Shown: piece by piece, positions 48,370 to 58,781 of the stretch
Numbering within the stretch: position 1 is the first letter of the stretch
Layout: each line of letters begins with the position of its first letter
DNA from: an uncultured Verrucomicrobiae bacterium
GTDB lineage: Bacteria; Verrucomicrobiota; Verrucomicrobiia; Chthoniobacterales; Chthoniobacteraceae
NCBI GenBank assembly: GCA_963828525.1
Contig: CAWHEP010000010.1
Span: 96,001 to 160,000 of the forward strand
Direction of reading: 5' to 3'
DNA: 64,000 bases
Notes under the pieces: generated by a model
Seen by the model: only the letters and a program-made list of their open reading frames with translations
Told to the model about the DNA's origin: nothing
Databases searched by the model: none
Made by a program: the position numbers and the translations under genes

Positions 48370-49236
48370 GTGAAACAAAACCCGATTTCCATTCGTGCCG
48401 GCAAGCTCGAGTTCTTAAAGGAGAATGCCACCCGCTGGGAATCGCGGGATGCATACCACTGGCTCCTGACCCTCTCCTGGCCACAATTCATCGCCTTCCT
48501 CGCCGGGTGCTATTTGCTCGTGAATCTCCTCTTTGCCTGCTGCTACGCTGCCAGCGGCTCCTGCATTGCCGAAGCCCGCTCCGGGTCTTTTGGCGACGAT
48601 TTCTTCTTCAGCGTAGAGACCCTGGCCACCGTCGGCTACGGCCACATGTACCCGGCCACCCTTTACGGCCATCTCGTCACCACCGCCGAAATCATGGTCG
48701 GCATGTTCGGTCTCGCCGTCGTCACAGGTCTCATCTTCGTCCGCTTCTCCCGCCCCTCCGCGATGATCGTCTTTACTCGTTCCCTCGTGATTACCCCCTT
48801 CAACGGAATTCCCACTCTCATGATGCGCGTCGCAAATCTGCGACATCAGCCCATGGTAGAGGCCGTCTTTCGCATTATGCTCCTCCGCAACGAGTGTGTT
48901 CCCGAAGAAGGCGAAGTCCGCCGTTTTTATGAACTCTCTCTCGATCCGGCCGGGATCATTTTCTTCCCGGCGGTGCTAACCCTCAGGCACAGGATCGATG
49001 AACGAAGCCCCCTCTTCGGTCTGACTCAAGACGACTTGAAAGCTTCCGGCGCCCGCTTCTTCGCCTCTCTCGTTTGCATCGATACCGTCATGCAGATCCC
49101 TGTGCATAGTCAGCAGGATTACTCCTGGCAGGACGTGAAGTTCGGAGAACGGTTTGCCGAGATCTACAGGGATCTCGCGGTGGGCAAGGTAGCCGTCGAT
49201 TACGGCCGGATCCACGATACCGAGCCCTCCCTTTAG
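48370..49236 (+). CDS. Inward-rectifier K+ channel (KirBac)
   Basis: FFFSVETLATVGYGHMYP selectivity filter, FVRFSRP, PTLMMRVAN, HRIDERSPL. Confidence 0.93.
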   Translation: MKQNPISIRAGKLEFLKENATRWESRDAYHWLLTLSWPQFIAFLAGCYLLVNLLFACCYAASGSCIAEARSGSFGDDFFFSVETLATVGYGHMYPATLYGHLVTTAEIMVGMFGLAVVTGLIFVRFSRPSAMIVFTRSLVITPFNGIPTLMMRVANLRHQPMVEAVFRIMLLRNECVPEEGEVRRFYELSLDPAGIIFFPAVLTLRHRIDERSPLFGLTQDDLKASGARFFASLVCIDTVMQIPVHSQQDYSWQDVKFGERFAEIYRDLAVGKVAVDYGRIHDTEPSL

Positions 49237-49341
49237 TTGCGACGGCTTTGCCCCGGAGCTGCTGTGGCTGCGTGTCTATCCGGCTGGCTAAGGCGAATAC
49301 CCTATATAATAGTAAGGTATTTGATAAATACTATAAGCATA

Positions 49342-49357
49342 TGGCACCTGAAATGCT
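49342..49357 (+). promoter_or_regulatory. Sigma-54 promoter for the PEP-CTERM gene
   Basis: TGGCACCTGAAATGCT within an AT-rich intergenic region about 80 nt upstream of ATG 49435. Confidence 0.72.
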
Positions 49358-49434
49358 TATTATCATCCCGAAATCCACCGGATGACTCGGTGGCAGTTAC
49401 CTAAAAGAAACCCGAACCCTAAGAACCTTCGACA

Positions 49435-50079
49435 ATGAAACTCAGATACATAGCACTTGCCTTGGTGGGCCTAACCCTAAGGGCGTTCGGCGCTCCCGCG
49501 ACCACCATCTCCCTCCAATTCCAATACACCGATGCCAACGGCCTTGTGCATGGCATTGCCACCCTAAGCGCCGCTCCATTCGCCAGCGACCCCGGCGTGT
49601 ATCTGGCTACAGCGGGAACCCTCGTGGTTACCGCTCCAGCGCTGGATGACATCGCCGGCAGATACACCCTGTTCCCGAACGCGAACGGGCTCTCCGCAAG
49701 CTACAGCCCCACCGGCTTGTTTATCTACGACAACCTTGTCATGCCCGGTGCGCATCCGGTCGTTACAAACCCAGGCTTCCTGGGTTACGGCGGAAATGCC
49801 ACTGGCAGCTTGCCGGAAGGCCGCGGACGGGAGATCAACTTCTTCTCAAACGGGGCAAACACGTACGACCTGTACACCGGGGTCAACGGCAGCTACCCCT
49901 ACATGCATGAATTCACGACGACACCCGGCTCGGGTGGCTCATTGACGACTCATGTCTCGGGTAATGGCGTTGCTCTCCTCGCTGCCCCGGAACCCTCCAC
50001 ATGGCTCATCATGGCCAGCTTCTTCGTGATCGTCCTCCGCGCGGCGACCCAACCCGGCCGGTCACGCGCCGAAGACTAG
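49435..50079 (+). CDS. PEP-CTERM sorting domain protein
   Basis: Signal peptide; Gly/Thr/Asn-rich body; C-terminal APEPSTWLIMASFFVIVLR plus a tail containing Arg residues. Confidence 0.88.
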   Translation: MKLRYIALALVGLTLRAFGAPATTISLQFQYTDANGLVHGIATLSAAPFASDPGVYLATAGTLVVTAPALDDIAGRYTLFPNANGLSASYSPTGLFIYDNLVMPGAHPVVTNPGFLGYGGNATGSLPEGRGREINFFSNGANTYDLYTGVNGSYPYMHEFTTTPGSGGSLTTHVSGNGVALLAAPEPSTWLIMASFFVIVLRAATQPGRSRAED

Positions 50080-50139
50080 CTTCAAGATTCGGTTCGTCGG
50101 TGACAACTTCAGCTTCAAAACAAGCTTGTTAGCGCGCCA

Positions 50140-51012
50140 TCATCCGTTCACCAGTTCCCCGCCATTCGGGTGGAGCACCTGCCCGGTGATATACGAAGCG
50201 TCCGCCGACGCGAGAAACACATACGATGGAGCAACTTCTTCAGGGTGCCCGGCTCGTCCCATCGGCGTGTCCGAGCCAAATGTTTCAACCTTCTCCCCCG
50301 GAAACGTGGAGGGAATAAGCGGTGTCCAGATCGGCCCCGGAGCAACCGCGTTGACCCGGATCTTCTTGTCCACCAGCGCGTGCGCGAGCGAGCGCGTGAA
50401 CGAAAGAATCGCTCCTTTTGTCGCGGAGTAATCCAGCAAAGCGGGACTTCCTCTATACGCCGTCACAGACGTCGTGTTGATGATGCAGCTTCCTTCCTTG
50501 AGATTCTTTACCACCGCTTTTGTAAGAAAGAACTGGGAAAAGATGTTCGTGCGAAACGTGCGCTCCAGTTGCCGCGCGGTAATGTCCTCAATGCTTTTCT
50601 GCGGATGCTGCTCCGCCGCATTGTTGACCAAAATGTCTATCTGCCCAAACTGTTTCAAACAGTCGCGGGCCACTCGTTTGCAGAAAACTTCGTCCCCGAT
50701 GTCCCCTGCCAGGAGGGCGCACTTCCCGTGCTCCATCTCCACCAGCCTCTTGGTCTCCCGCGCGTCCTGATGCTCATTCAGATACACGATCATCACATCC
50801 GCTCCTTCTCTCGCAAAGAGGATTGCGACCGCCCGGCCGATTCCGCTGTCTCCTCCCGTGATCACCGCCACTTTGCCGGATAGCTTTCCGCTTCCGCGAT
50901 GCTCTGGGGCGCTTGAACGCGGCTGCTCCGCCATGTCTGCTTGCAAGCCAGGCTGCCTGCTCTGTTGCTCGCGTGGATTTTGCGCTTTCTTGGGCTTCGT
51001 TTTCTGAGGCAT
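50140..51012 (-). CDS. SDR oxidoreductase (YdaD/YhdF general stress type)
   Basis: TGGDSGIGRA, NNAAEQ, YSATK, VAPGPIWTPLIP. Confidence 0.93.
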   Translation of the reverse strand: MPQKTKPKKAQNPREQQSRQPGLQADMAEQPRSSAPEHRGSGKLSGKVAVITGGDSGIGRAVAILFAREGADVMIVYLNEHQDARETKRLVEMEHGKCALLAGDIGDEVFCKRVARDCLKQFGQIDILVNNAAEQHPQKSIEDITARQLERTFRTNIFSQFFLTKAVVKNLKEGSCIINTTSVTAYRGSPALLDYSATKGAILSFTRSLAHALVDKKIRVNAVAPGPIWTPLIPSTFPGEKVETFGSDTPMGRAGHPEEVAPSYVFLASADASYITGQVLHPNGGELVNG

Positions 51013-51077
51013 ATTGCTGTTTCGCGAATCGCCCCGCCCGCGAGCGTATTACCTGCCTCCTCTCCCCCGCTAACAAC

Positions 51078-51872
51078 ATGAAAATCCATCCCACTGCAAT
51101 CATCCATCCGGATGCTGAATTGGCGGATGACGTCGAAATCGGACCGTACGCGGTCATCGAAGGCCCGGCCAGGATCGCCTCCGGATGTGTGCTTCACTCT
51201 CACGTGGTTATCACAGGCGCGGTAATCCTTGGACGAAATAACCTTATCGGCCACGGAAGTGTGCTCGGGGGCGCTCCTCAAGACCTCGCGTTCGCGCCAT
51301 CCACCGCCAGCCGGGTCATCATCGGCGATTACAACACCTTCCGCGAACACTGCACAGTCCATAGAGGCACCGCCGAAGGGAGCGCAACCATCGTCGGCAA
51401 CTCCAACTACATCATGGCAGGCGCTCACCTGGGCCATAACGTAAAGCTTGGCGACAACATCATACTCGCGAACAGCGTCCTCCTTGGCGGCTACGTCCAG
51501 GTAGGCGACCGCGCCTTCCTCGGCGGCGGCTCCGTCTACCACCAGCACATCAGGGTCGGCAAACTCGTCATTACCCAAGGCAATAGCGGCTTCAGCAAAG
51601 AAGTCCCCCCCTTTACACTTGCGGCCGAGATCAACTTCGTCATCGGCCTCAACGTTGTTGGAGCCCGGCGCGCCGGCTTAAATGCCGAGGAGCGCAAAGA
51701 CATCAAGGACGCCTTTGTCCTCCTCTACAAAAGTGGGCTGAACACCACGCAAGCCCTGGAGCGTTCCCGCCAGCGCCCCTGGGGCCAGCATGGCCGCGAG
51801 TTCTTCGACTTCATTGCCTCGACCGGCAAGCGCGGCTACGCCCCACTTATGGAGAAAGCCAGCGCCTGGTAG
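51078..51872 (+). CDS. lpxA: Acyl-ACP--UDP-N-acetylglucosamine O-acyltransferase
   Basis: MKIHPTAIIHP, hexapeptide repeats, GAPQDL, REHCTVHRGT, HLGHN, HQ, GLNVVG. Start ATG 51078. Confidence 0.93.
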   Translation: MKIHPTAIIHPDAELADDVEIGPYAVIEGPARIASGCVLHSHVVITGAVILGRNNLIGHGSVLGGAPQDLAFAPSTASRVIIGDYNTFREHCTVHRGTAEGSATIVGNSNYIMAGAHLGHNVKLGDNIILANSVLLGGYVQVGDRAFLGGGSVYHQHIRVGKLVITQGNSGFSKEVPPFTLAAEINFVIGLNVVGARRAGLNAEERKDIKDAFVLLYKSGLNTTQALERSRQRPWGQHGREFFDFIASTGKRGYAPLMEKASAW

Positions 51873-51900
51873 CCTTCCCTAGGCTTCCGCCATAAACCGG

Positions 51901-53625
51901 GTGATGTTCCGAAGAAACGCGTTTCCGGTGCTGGCGCTGCTTTGCCTTTGCGCCATCATCTGGTGCCACGTTTATGCCCGTTGGAGCGTCGCGTCCTTCA
52001 ACATCCCCGTCGATTACGGCGACGATCCCGACAAAGCCGACGCGAAGCTCGTCCTTGCCTCCATCAAAGCAGCCTCCGAAGGACATCTGCTGCCCCTTCT
52101 CCAGAAGAAAATCCCTGAACTCGGCGCCCCATCTACCGCGAATTGGTCAGACTTCCCTGGCGGCGAAGAAGTTCTCACATGTCTCACCGGTTTGCTTGCG
52201 CGGGGCGTAGGCCTGTTTGCCGCCTATAATCTTGCCCTGCTTGCCGCCCATCTGCTCGCGGCAATCTCGTTCTATGCCGCCTGCCGCATCCTCCACGCGC
52301 ATTGGGCCTGGAGCATGGCCGGTGCCCTCGCCTTCTCGTTTTCCCGCTACGGCATCGCTCACGGCGGCCACCATCTCGCCCTTGCCTATTACTGGCACGT
52401 CCCCCTCTGCATCCTTGTTTGTCGCTACTTGTCCAGCGCGGTCGGCATCGAGCTCTGCTCACGGCGTCACTGGCTCGGGCTTGCTGTCGCGGTCGTCACC
52501 GGGCTGCAGAATGTTTACTACGCAAACATGTTCGTCCAACTGGCCCTGCTCGCTGGCGCGTGGCAGCTCATCCGTCGCGGCTGGAGGGCCGCCCTGCCTG
52601 CTATCACCATCGCCGCCACCGCCACTCTGGTCTTCATTGCGATGCGCCTGGATACATTCGTATGCCGCGTTCGCGAAGGAGTTAACACCGAAGCCGTCGA
52701 GCGCAGCTACTCCTTCCTTGAATACTACGCGCTGAAATTTTCAGATCTCGTGATCCCCCCTCCAGATCACCGCTTCCACGCTTTCGCCGTCTTCTCGCAA
52801 GACTACTTCGCTCAGGTTCTCGTTCCCGGAGAGACACCGCCAGCGTGCTACCTCGGTATTGTTGGGATCGCCTGCCTCCTTTTGCTCGTTTTTGTTTCCG
52901 CCAGCCGTTTGCTCAAAAGGAGACCGGGCCTTCCTCTGGAGGCCTGGCAACTCATCTGGATCGGACTCTACTCCTCCGTTGGAGGCTTGAACGCCGTGGC
53001 GGGAGCCTTCGGCTTCCTCTTGTTCCGCTCCACCACCCGATACAGCCTCTTTATCCTAACCATCCTCCTGTTGTTTGCGGTTCAAAGACTTTCCTTCTGG
53101 TCACGCGGTCTTTCAGGCGTCCGGCTCCAACTTTCGATTGCGGCCGCAATCCTCCTTGCTGGTCTTTCCATTTGGGATCAAACCCCTTCGCCACCCACGG
53201 GCGAGGAACAAAAAGCTCTCGCTCGCCTCGTCGCGTCGGATCGCGCCTTCGCGGGAACAATGGAACAACATCTCCCCACCGGCTCCCGCGTTTTCCAGAT
53301 GCCCGTCATGGATTTCCCCGAAAGTCCAGAGGACGGCGTCCCCGCTTACGACCATTTCCGCCCGTATCTCTACTCAAAACATCTGGCGTATTCGTTCGGC
53401 GCAGTCAAAGGCCGCGACCGCGATGCCTGGCAGCAACAAGCCTCCGACCTCCCTGTCCCCGACCTGCTGAACACCCTGCAAATGCGCGGCTTTTCAGCCA
53501 TCTATATAAACTGCAACGGCTACAAGGATAAAGGCCAGTCCCTCATCGCGGCCCTGCACGGAGCGCATGGCCGCGACATTCTACGAAGTCAGAACGGGGA
53601 TCTGGCATGCGTCTTCCTGCGCTGA
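51901..53625 (+). CDS. Polytopic membrane protein (GT-C-like, possible surface glycan modification)
   Basis: LGAPSTANWSDFP, many TM segments, soluble C-terminus VFQMPVMDFPE...YDHFRPYL...SFGAVKGR. Confidence 0.7.
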   Translation: MMFRRNAFPVLALLCLCAIIWCHVYARWSVASFNIPVDYGDDPDKADAKLVLASIKAASEGHLLPLLQKKIPELGAPSTANWSDFPGGEEVLTCLTGLLARGVGLFAAYNLALLAAHLLAAISFYAACRILHAHWAWSMAGALAFSFSRYGIAHGGHHLALAYYWHVPLCILVCRYLSSAVGIELCSRRHWLGLAVAVVTGLQNVYYANMFVQLALLAGAWQLIRRGWRAALPAITIAATATLVFIAMRLDTFVCRVREGVNTEAVERSYSFLEYYALKFSDLVIPPPDHRFHAFAVFSQDYFAQVLVPGETPPACYLGIVGIACLLLLVFVSASRLLKRRPGLPLEAWQLIWIGLYSSVGGLNAVAGAFGFLLFRSTTRYSLFILTILLLFAVQRLSFWSRGLSGVRLQLSIAAAILLAGLSIWDQTPSPPTGEEQKALARLVASDRAFAGTMEQHLPTGSRVFQMPVMDFPESPEDGVPAYDHFRPYLYSKHLAYSFGAVKGRDRDAWQQQASDLPVPDLLNTLQMRGFSAIYINCNGYKDKGQSLIAALHGAHGRDILRSQNGDLACVFLR

Positions 53626-53694
53626 TCGTTTTTAAAAACGTTTGTTGACGGAACCCGTTAAAACACCTATTAGATGCGTAGTTCTTTGAAAACA

Positions 53695-53710
53695 CCACTA
53701 TATGTTGTGG
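53695..53710 (+). promoter_or_regulatory. NrdR box
   Basis: CCACTATATGTTGTGG matches the NrdR consensus acaCwAtATaTwGtg and lies upstream of nrdB. Confidence 0.78.
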
Positions 53711-53714
53711 TATC

Positions 53715-53885
53715 AGGTAAGAAAGTGCCCTTTGCTACGGCCTAGGGAGAATAGGGAAACGGGTGTGAATCCCGTGCGGTAGCGCCGCTGTAACGAGCTA
53801 CGAAAGCCCCACTAAGGCCACTGCGCGGGGGCGCGGTAAGGCGGGGTGAGTAGAACGACCTCGAAGTCAGAAGACCTGCTTTTTT
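53715..53885 (+). promoter_or_regulatory. Cobalamin (B12) riboswitch
   Basis: AATAGGGAA..GGTGTGAATCC...GCGCCGCTGT...GCCACTG...GGTAAGG...AGTCAGAAGACCTGC (B12 box). Confidence 0.92.
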
Positions 53886-53978
53886 ACACTCATCAAGTCC
53901 TCGGATATGTTCCGGGGTAACTCTCTCGCCAAAGAGGGGATGGGACTCTGAATGGTGCTCCTCAGTTCGCTGGTCTGT

Positions 53979-54020
53979 CGCCTTCTGTTTCCCGAGTTGG
54001 AATCTGGAGGGCTTTTTTGT
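53979..54020 (+). terminator. Candidate attenuator hairpin in the riboswitch expression platform
   Basis: Imperfect stem GCCTTCTGTTTCC...GGAATCTGGAGGGC followed by TTTTTGT, upstream of the nrdB RBS. Confidence 0.45.
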
Positions 54021-54075
54021 GCCCCGGTTCCGGCAAGAAACTGCGCCGTGGCGGGCGCTGAAGCGGAGCATAGTC

Positions 54076-55203
54076 ATGATCGAACTAACGGAAAAGCCGG
54101 AAGAGAAGGTGGAAGGGCACCATGTCGTTTACACGTTCCAAGGGCGAACGTTCCGCCTGGACAAGGAAAAGGCCCGCGCTCGTCTCGCCGGCAAAAAAGT
54201 CATCAATGGCCTGCGCAGCGCGGAACTGAATGTCCTGCCGCTCAAATATCACGAGGCCTATCGCATCTACAAGCAGATGAAGGCGAACCATTGGGAGCCT
54301 GATGTAATCGACATGACGAAGGATTGCGCCACCTGGAATTCCACCAAGTTGAATGCCCGTGAACGCTGGATCATCGAAATGGGGGTCGGTTACTTCTCCT
54401 CTGCGGAGGGTATTGTTGGGGACAGTGTCCTTCACGTTATTGAGGACAATCTCACTGCCGCTGAGTTGAAGCACGCCTCACTGCGCCAGATCGCGGAGGA
54501 GTCGATCCACATGGATTCGCTTCTCCATATCATCAGCAGCCTGAACATAGATCTCGACGAGGTGACGGCTAAATTTCAGGACATTCCCTCGATCAAGAAA
54601 AAGAACGAGTACATCACGCGTCACATGCCCGAATTAAAAATGGGCATCGACCTGACCCAGACCGTAAACAAGCAGAAGTTTGCCAAGGCTATTTTCGGCA
54701 TCACCCAGGTCATGGAAGGAACCCAGTTCTACGCGCTGTTTGCAATGATCCTGTCCTTGCATCGGCAGAATAAAATGACCGGCATTGGCCAGATGTTCCA
54801 ATACACCTTGCGGGATGAATCGAATCATATCGCGCTTGGCCGATACATCCTTGAAAAATTGATCGAGGAAAACCCCGAACTGTGGACCGAGGAGTTCCGC
54901 TCGGAACTCGTCGAGTTCATGCGAGAGGGCATCGCGCTGGAAAAGGAATTCGTCCTCGATTGCATGCCGGAAGACATGGTTGGCATGACTCAGAAGGACT
55001 TCCTTGATTACGTCGATCACAACGCGGATCGCCGTCTCGAAAGCCTGGGCCTTCCCCGGCTTTCCAGCGTTAGGAACAATCCCTTCCTTTGGCTTGATGA
55101 AGTCATCTTTCTCAAGAAAGAGAAGAATTTCTTTGAGACCCGCGTCACCGAATACCAGACCAGCGGCAGCGTAAAGAACACCAACGAAGACGACCTGGTC
55201 TAA
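54076..55203 (+). CDS. nrdB: Class I ribonucleotide reductase small subunit, lacking the radical Tyr (class Ic/R2c-like)
   Basis: GGAG RBS and ATG 54076; AEGIV, EESIHMDSL, MEGTQFY, RDESNH, KNFFETRVTEYQ. Confidence 0.95.
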   Translation: MIELTEKPEEKVEGHHVVYTFQGRTFRLDKEKARARLAGKKVINGLRSAELNVLPLKYHEAYRIYKQMKANHWEPDVIDMTKDCATWNSTKLNARERWIIEMGVGYFSSAEGIVGDSVLHVIEDNLTAAELKHASLRQIAEESIHMDSLLHIISSLNIDLDEVTAKFQDIPSIKKKNEYITRHMPELKMGIDLTQTVNKQKFAKAIFGITQVMEGTQFYALFAMILSLHRQNKMTGIGQMFQYTLRDESNHIALGRYILEKLIEENPELWTEEFRSELVEFMREGIALEKEFVLDCMPEDMVGMTQKDFLDYVDHNADRRLESLGLPRLSSVRNNPFLWLDEVIFLKKEKNFFETRVTEYQTSGSVKNTNEDDLV

Positions 55204-55222
55204 CCCCAGAATCCCCGCGACC

Positions 55223-58045
55223 ATGAGCACCGAAACCATCGAGTTGGAAAAAAACCTCGGATCCAGCGGATCGGATTATCCCCGCGTCATCCGCCGCGAC
55301 CTTCCCAACTCCCCCTCCAGCAAGCCCCGCGTGGTGAGCTGGATTGGATTCAAGATTGAAAAAGCGGTTGATGCGGCCTGCGCCGCAGCGGGACAGGAAC
55401 CCATTGGGAAGCTGATCCAGGCCGAGGTTGAGTTTAAGATGAAAAGGGAGCGTCCGCTCTTCATTCATATCGAGCAGCTACAGGACTTGGTGGAAAACCT
55501 GCTCATCGAAATGAACTACGGGCGGGTTGCCCTGGCTTATGGCAAGTATCGCGCGCGCCGGGCCGCTGTGCGCGATATTGAAGCGCAGGTTGCCGCCAGT
55601 GGAGGCGAGCAGCTTGAATTGGCTTCGCCAGATTTGTCGACCGATCTGCGCCTGCGCATTTCCTTCGCCCGCATCAATCTGCGACTTACACTTTCGGAAA
55701 ATGAATTGATCGCGCGCCTGATGCGGAGCGTCTCCCTGTCGCTGACGCCACAGGAACAGCGCGAGACCGTCATCCTCAATGCCAAGAACCTCCTCGACGT
55801 TGACGCGGACAGCCGTTTCTTTGCCGGACGCATTCTTCTCACTTACATTTACGAGGAAACGCTCGCATGGAAAATTGCCGATGGTATCGATCAACTCAAG
55901 GATGCCCATCGCAAGGCATTCCTGAAGTATATCCCGCTCGGCATTGAGCGAGGACGGCTTGATCCTCGCCTGGCAGAGTTCCGGTTGAACGAACTGGCCG
56001 ACGCCATCGATCCCTACGCGGATCTTCACTTCGACTTCATCGGCATCCAAAACCTGTACGACCGCTACCTCATTCATATCAAGGATGCCAATGCGCCGGA
56101 AGGCCGGCGCCGGGCTGAGTCACCGCAAATTTTCTGGATGCGCGTCGCGATGGGCCTTTCCTTGCATGAATCCGAACGGGAAGTCCGGGCCAAGGAGTTT
56201 TATGGCATTTACCAAAACAAGCGCGCCTGCTCCTCTACTCCGACCCTGTTCAATTCCGGCACGCGCCGTCCGCAGCTCTCCAGTTGCTATCTGCTTTATT
56301 GCGGGGATTCCATCGAGGAAATCGCCGAGACTTGGACCCGGTTCTCCTCGCTATCCAAATGGGCGGGCGGACTCGGATGCTCGTGGACGGCGGTGCGCGG
56401 CAGCGGCGCCCACATCCACGGCACCAACGGCGAATCGTCTGGCGTCATCCCGTTCCTCAAAGTCGCCAATGACATCTGCGTCGCGGTAAACCAGGGCGGT
56501 AAACGCCCGGGAGCGTTGTGCAGTTACATCGAAATCTGGCACACAGACATTGAGGACTTCCTCGACCTCCGTAAAGAGACCGGAGACGACCGCCGTCGCA
56601 CTCACAACATGAACACGGCCAACTGGGTGCCCGATCTGTTCATGAAGCGGCTGCGCGATATTTCAGAGGGCCGTCTCCCCAAGGATGCAACGTGGACCCT
56701 GTTCCGCAGCAACGAAACACCCGATCTTCCGGAGCTCTATGGCCGCAAGTTTGAGGAGCGTTACGCCCATTACGAAGCGCTGGCAGAGGAAGGCCTTATC
56801 TTCAGCCGTAAGATTCGCGCGCTCGCATTGTGGAAAAAGATGATCGAGGCGCTATTCGAGACCGGCCATCCATGGATCACCTTTAAAGACCCATCGAACA
56901 TCCGTTCACCTCAAGACCATGTTGGTGTCATCCACAATTCCAACCTCTGCACTGAGATCACGCTTAACACAAGCATGGAGGAAGTGGCCGTCTGCAATCT
57001 CGCTTCGATCAACATCCCGAACCATCTGCGCGACGACGGCTCTATTGATCACGATAAGTTGCAGGACACGATCCGTGTTGTTATGCGGATGCTGGATAAT
57101 GTCATCGACATCAACTATTACCCCGCTGAGGCAGCCAAGCGCGCCAACACGCGTCACCGTCCGGTCGGTCTGGGCGTCATGGGCTTGCAGGACGCCCTTT
57201 ATACTAAGCGCATCTCGTTTGATTCTCTCGAGGCGGTCGATTTCAACGATGAGATCATGGAGGCCATTGCGTTTTACGCCTACTCCGCGTCCTCCGATCT
57301 GGCGGCGGAAAAGGGACGCTATCCCTCGTTCCAGGGTTCCAAGTGGGATCGCGGCCTGTTGCCACTCGATACGCTGGCGCTTTTGGAGGAAGAGCGCGGC
57401 ACCCCGGTATTGGTTGACCGCGGGAGTCGCCTCGATTGGGAAGGACTGCGCGGGAAGATTCGACGACAAGGCATGCGGAACTCGAATTGCCTCGCCATTG
57501 CGCCTACGGCAACCATCTCGAACATCATGGGCTGCGCGCCGTGCATCGAGCCGAGTTATAAGCACATCCACACCAAGTCAAACCTGTCCGGCGAGTTTGT
57601 CCGCACAAACGATTTCCTCGTAAAAGAATTAATGGGGCTGGGCATGTGGGATGAGGAAATGCTTTCCGATCTAAAGTATTTTGATGGCTCTATTCAAGGC
57701 ATCGAGCGGGTTCCCGAAGACGTAAAACGGTTATACAAAACCGCCTTTGAGATCGAACCCACTTGGTTGCTTCAGTGCGCGGCGGTTCGCCAGAAATGGC
57801 TCGATCAATCGCAGTCGGTGAATCTTTTCCTGGCTGAGAATGATGCCCGGAAGGCGTCGTTTATGTACCGCGAGGCATGGGATCGCGGCCTCAAGACCAC
57901 CTACTATTTGCGCACGATCAACAAGTCAGGCATCGATTCAGGTAATCGTGAGCGCAAGAAGACCGAAGTCGAAACCGTGCCGGCGCCATCGGCCTGCTCC
58001 ATCGAAGCCATGCGCAACGGAACGGTTTGCGAGTCCTGCCAATAA
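55223..58045 (+). CDS. nrdA: Class I ribonucleotide reductase large subunit with N-terminal ATP cone
   Basis: [42 protein letters not shown]-terminal CESCQ. Confidence 0.96.
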   Translation: MSTETIELEKNLGSSGSDYPRVIRRDLPNSPSSKPRVVSWIGFKIEKAVDAACAAAGQEPIGKLIQAEVEFKMKRERPLFIHIEQLQDLVENLLIEMNYGRVALAYGKYRARRAAVRDIEAQVAASGGEQLELASPDLSTDLRLRISFARINLRLTLSENELIARLMRSVSLSLTPQEQRETVILNAKNLLDVDADSRFFAGRILLTYIYEETLAWKIADGIDQLKDAHRKAFLKYIPLGIERGRLDPRLAEFRLNELADAIDPYADLHFDFIGIQNLYDRYLIHIKDANAPEGRRRAESPQIFWMRVAMGLSLHESEREVRAKEFYGIYQNKRACSSTPTLFNSGTRRPQLSSCYLLYCGDSIEEIAETWTRFSSLSKWAGGLGCSWTAVRGSGAHIHGTNGESSGVIPFLKVANDICVAVNQGGKRPGALCSYIEIWHTDIEDFLDLRKETGDDRRRTHNMNTANWVPDLFMKRLRDISEGRLPKDATWTLFRSNETPDLPELYGRKFEERYAHYEALAEEGLIFSRKIRALALWKKMIEALFETGHPWITFKDPSNIRSPQDHVGVIHNSNLCTEITLNTSMEEVAVCNLASINIPNHLRDDGSIDHDKLQDTIRVVMRMLDNVIDINYYPAEAAKRANTRHRPVGLGVMGLQDALYTKRISFDSLEAVDFNDEIMEAIAFYAYSASSDLAAEKGRYPSFQGSKWDRGLLPLDTLALLEEERGTPVLVDRGSRLDWEGLRGKIRRQGMRNSNCLAIAPTATISNIMGCAPCIEPSYKHIHTKSNLSGEFVRTNDFLVKELMGLGMWDEEMLSDLKYFDGSIQGIERVPEDVKRLYKTAFEIEPTWLLQCAAVRQKWLDQSQSVNLFLAENDARKASFMYREAWDRGLKTTYYLRTINKSGIDSGNRERKKTEVETVPAPSACSIEAMRNGTVCESCQ

Positions 58046-58055
58046 AGGAGTTATT

Positions 58056-58625
58056 ATCGGTATCAAATCAGATAGTTGGATTCGGCGCATGGCGCAAAAG
58101 GAAGGCATGATCGAACCGTTTTCACCGACACAGGTGCGCCGGACTGAGGCAGGACAATCGATCATCAGCTATGGACTTTCGAGCTATGGGTATGATTTGC
58201 GCGTTTCGAATGAGTTCAAGGTGTTCACCAATGTCTTCAATACGGTGGTCGATCCCAAGGCCTTTGACGAAAAGTCGTTCGTCGATATGCAGACCGATGT
58301 TTGTATCGTGCCGCCGAACTCCTTCGCGCTGGCTCGGAGTATTGAATACTTCCGCATCCCCCGCGATGTCATCACCATCTGCCTCGGCAAATCGACCTAT
58401 GCCCGGTGCGGCATCATCGTCAACGTCACGCCGTTCGAGCCTGAGTGGGAGGGGCATGTGACCTTGGAGATTTCCAATACCACACCTCTCCCGGCTCGCA
58501 TCTATGCCAATGAAGGACTCGCCCAGGTTCTTTTCATTGGCGGTGATGAGGTCTGTGAAACGTCTTATGCGGATCGTTCCGGTAAATATATGAAGCAACG
58601 CGGCATCACGACCGCGAAGGCTTAA
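58056..58625 (+). CDS. dcd: dCTP deaminase
   Basis: [40 protein letters not shown]. The start position is an ATC placed 5 nt after AAGGAG (see findings). Confidence 0.93.
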   Translation: MGIKSDSWIRRMAQKEGMIEPFSPTQVRRTEAGQSIISYGLSSYGYDLRVSNEFKVFTNVFNTVVDPKAFDEKSFVDMQTDVCIVPPNSFALARSIEYFRIPRDVITICLGKSTYARCGIIVNVTPFEPEWEGHVTLEISNTTPLPARIYANEGLAQVLFIGGDEVCETSYADRSGKYMKQRGITTAKA

Positions 58626-58781
58626 ACCCCTGGAAGCGCAGGAATGCTCAAATGGCGTGGGGCGCTTCGAGCATTGCTGTGGGAAAGGACAATAATGTGC
58701 CCAACCAAGCTGGGGGCGCTGCTTCCGCAGTCAGCCCGCAAACGCTCTAGACTGCTTCCAGGCGGGTCTTCCGCCCAGAAC

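Noticed and set aside
53664..53679. Second NrdR box 31 nt upstream of the first
   Set aside because: The spacing fits but there are too many mismatches to the consensus.
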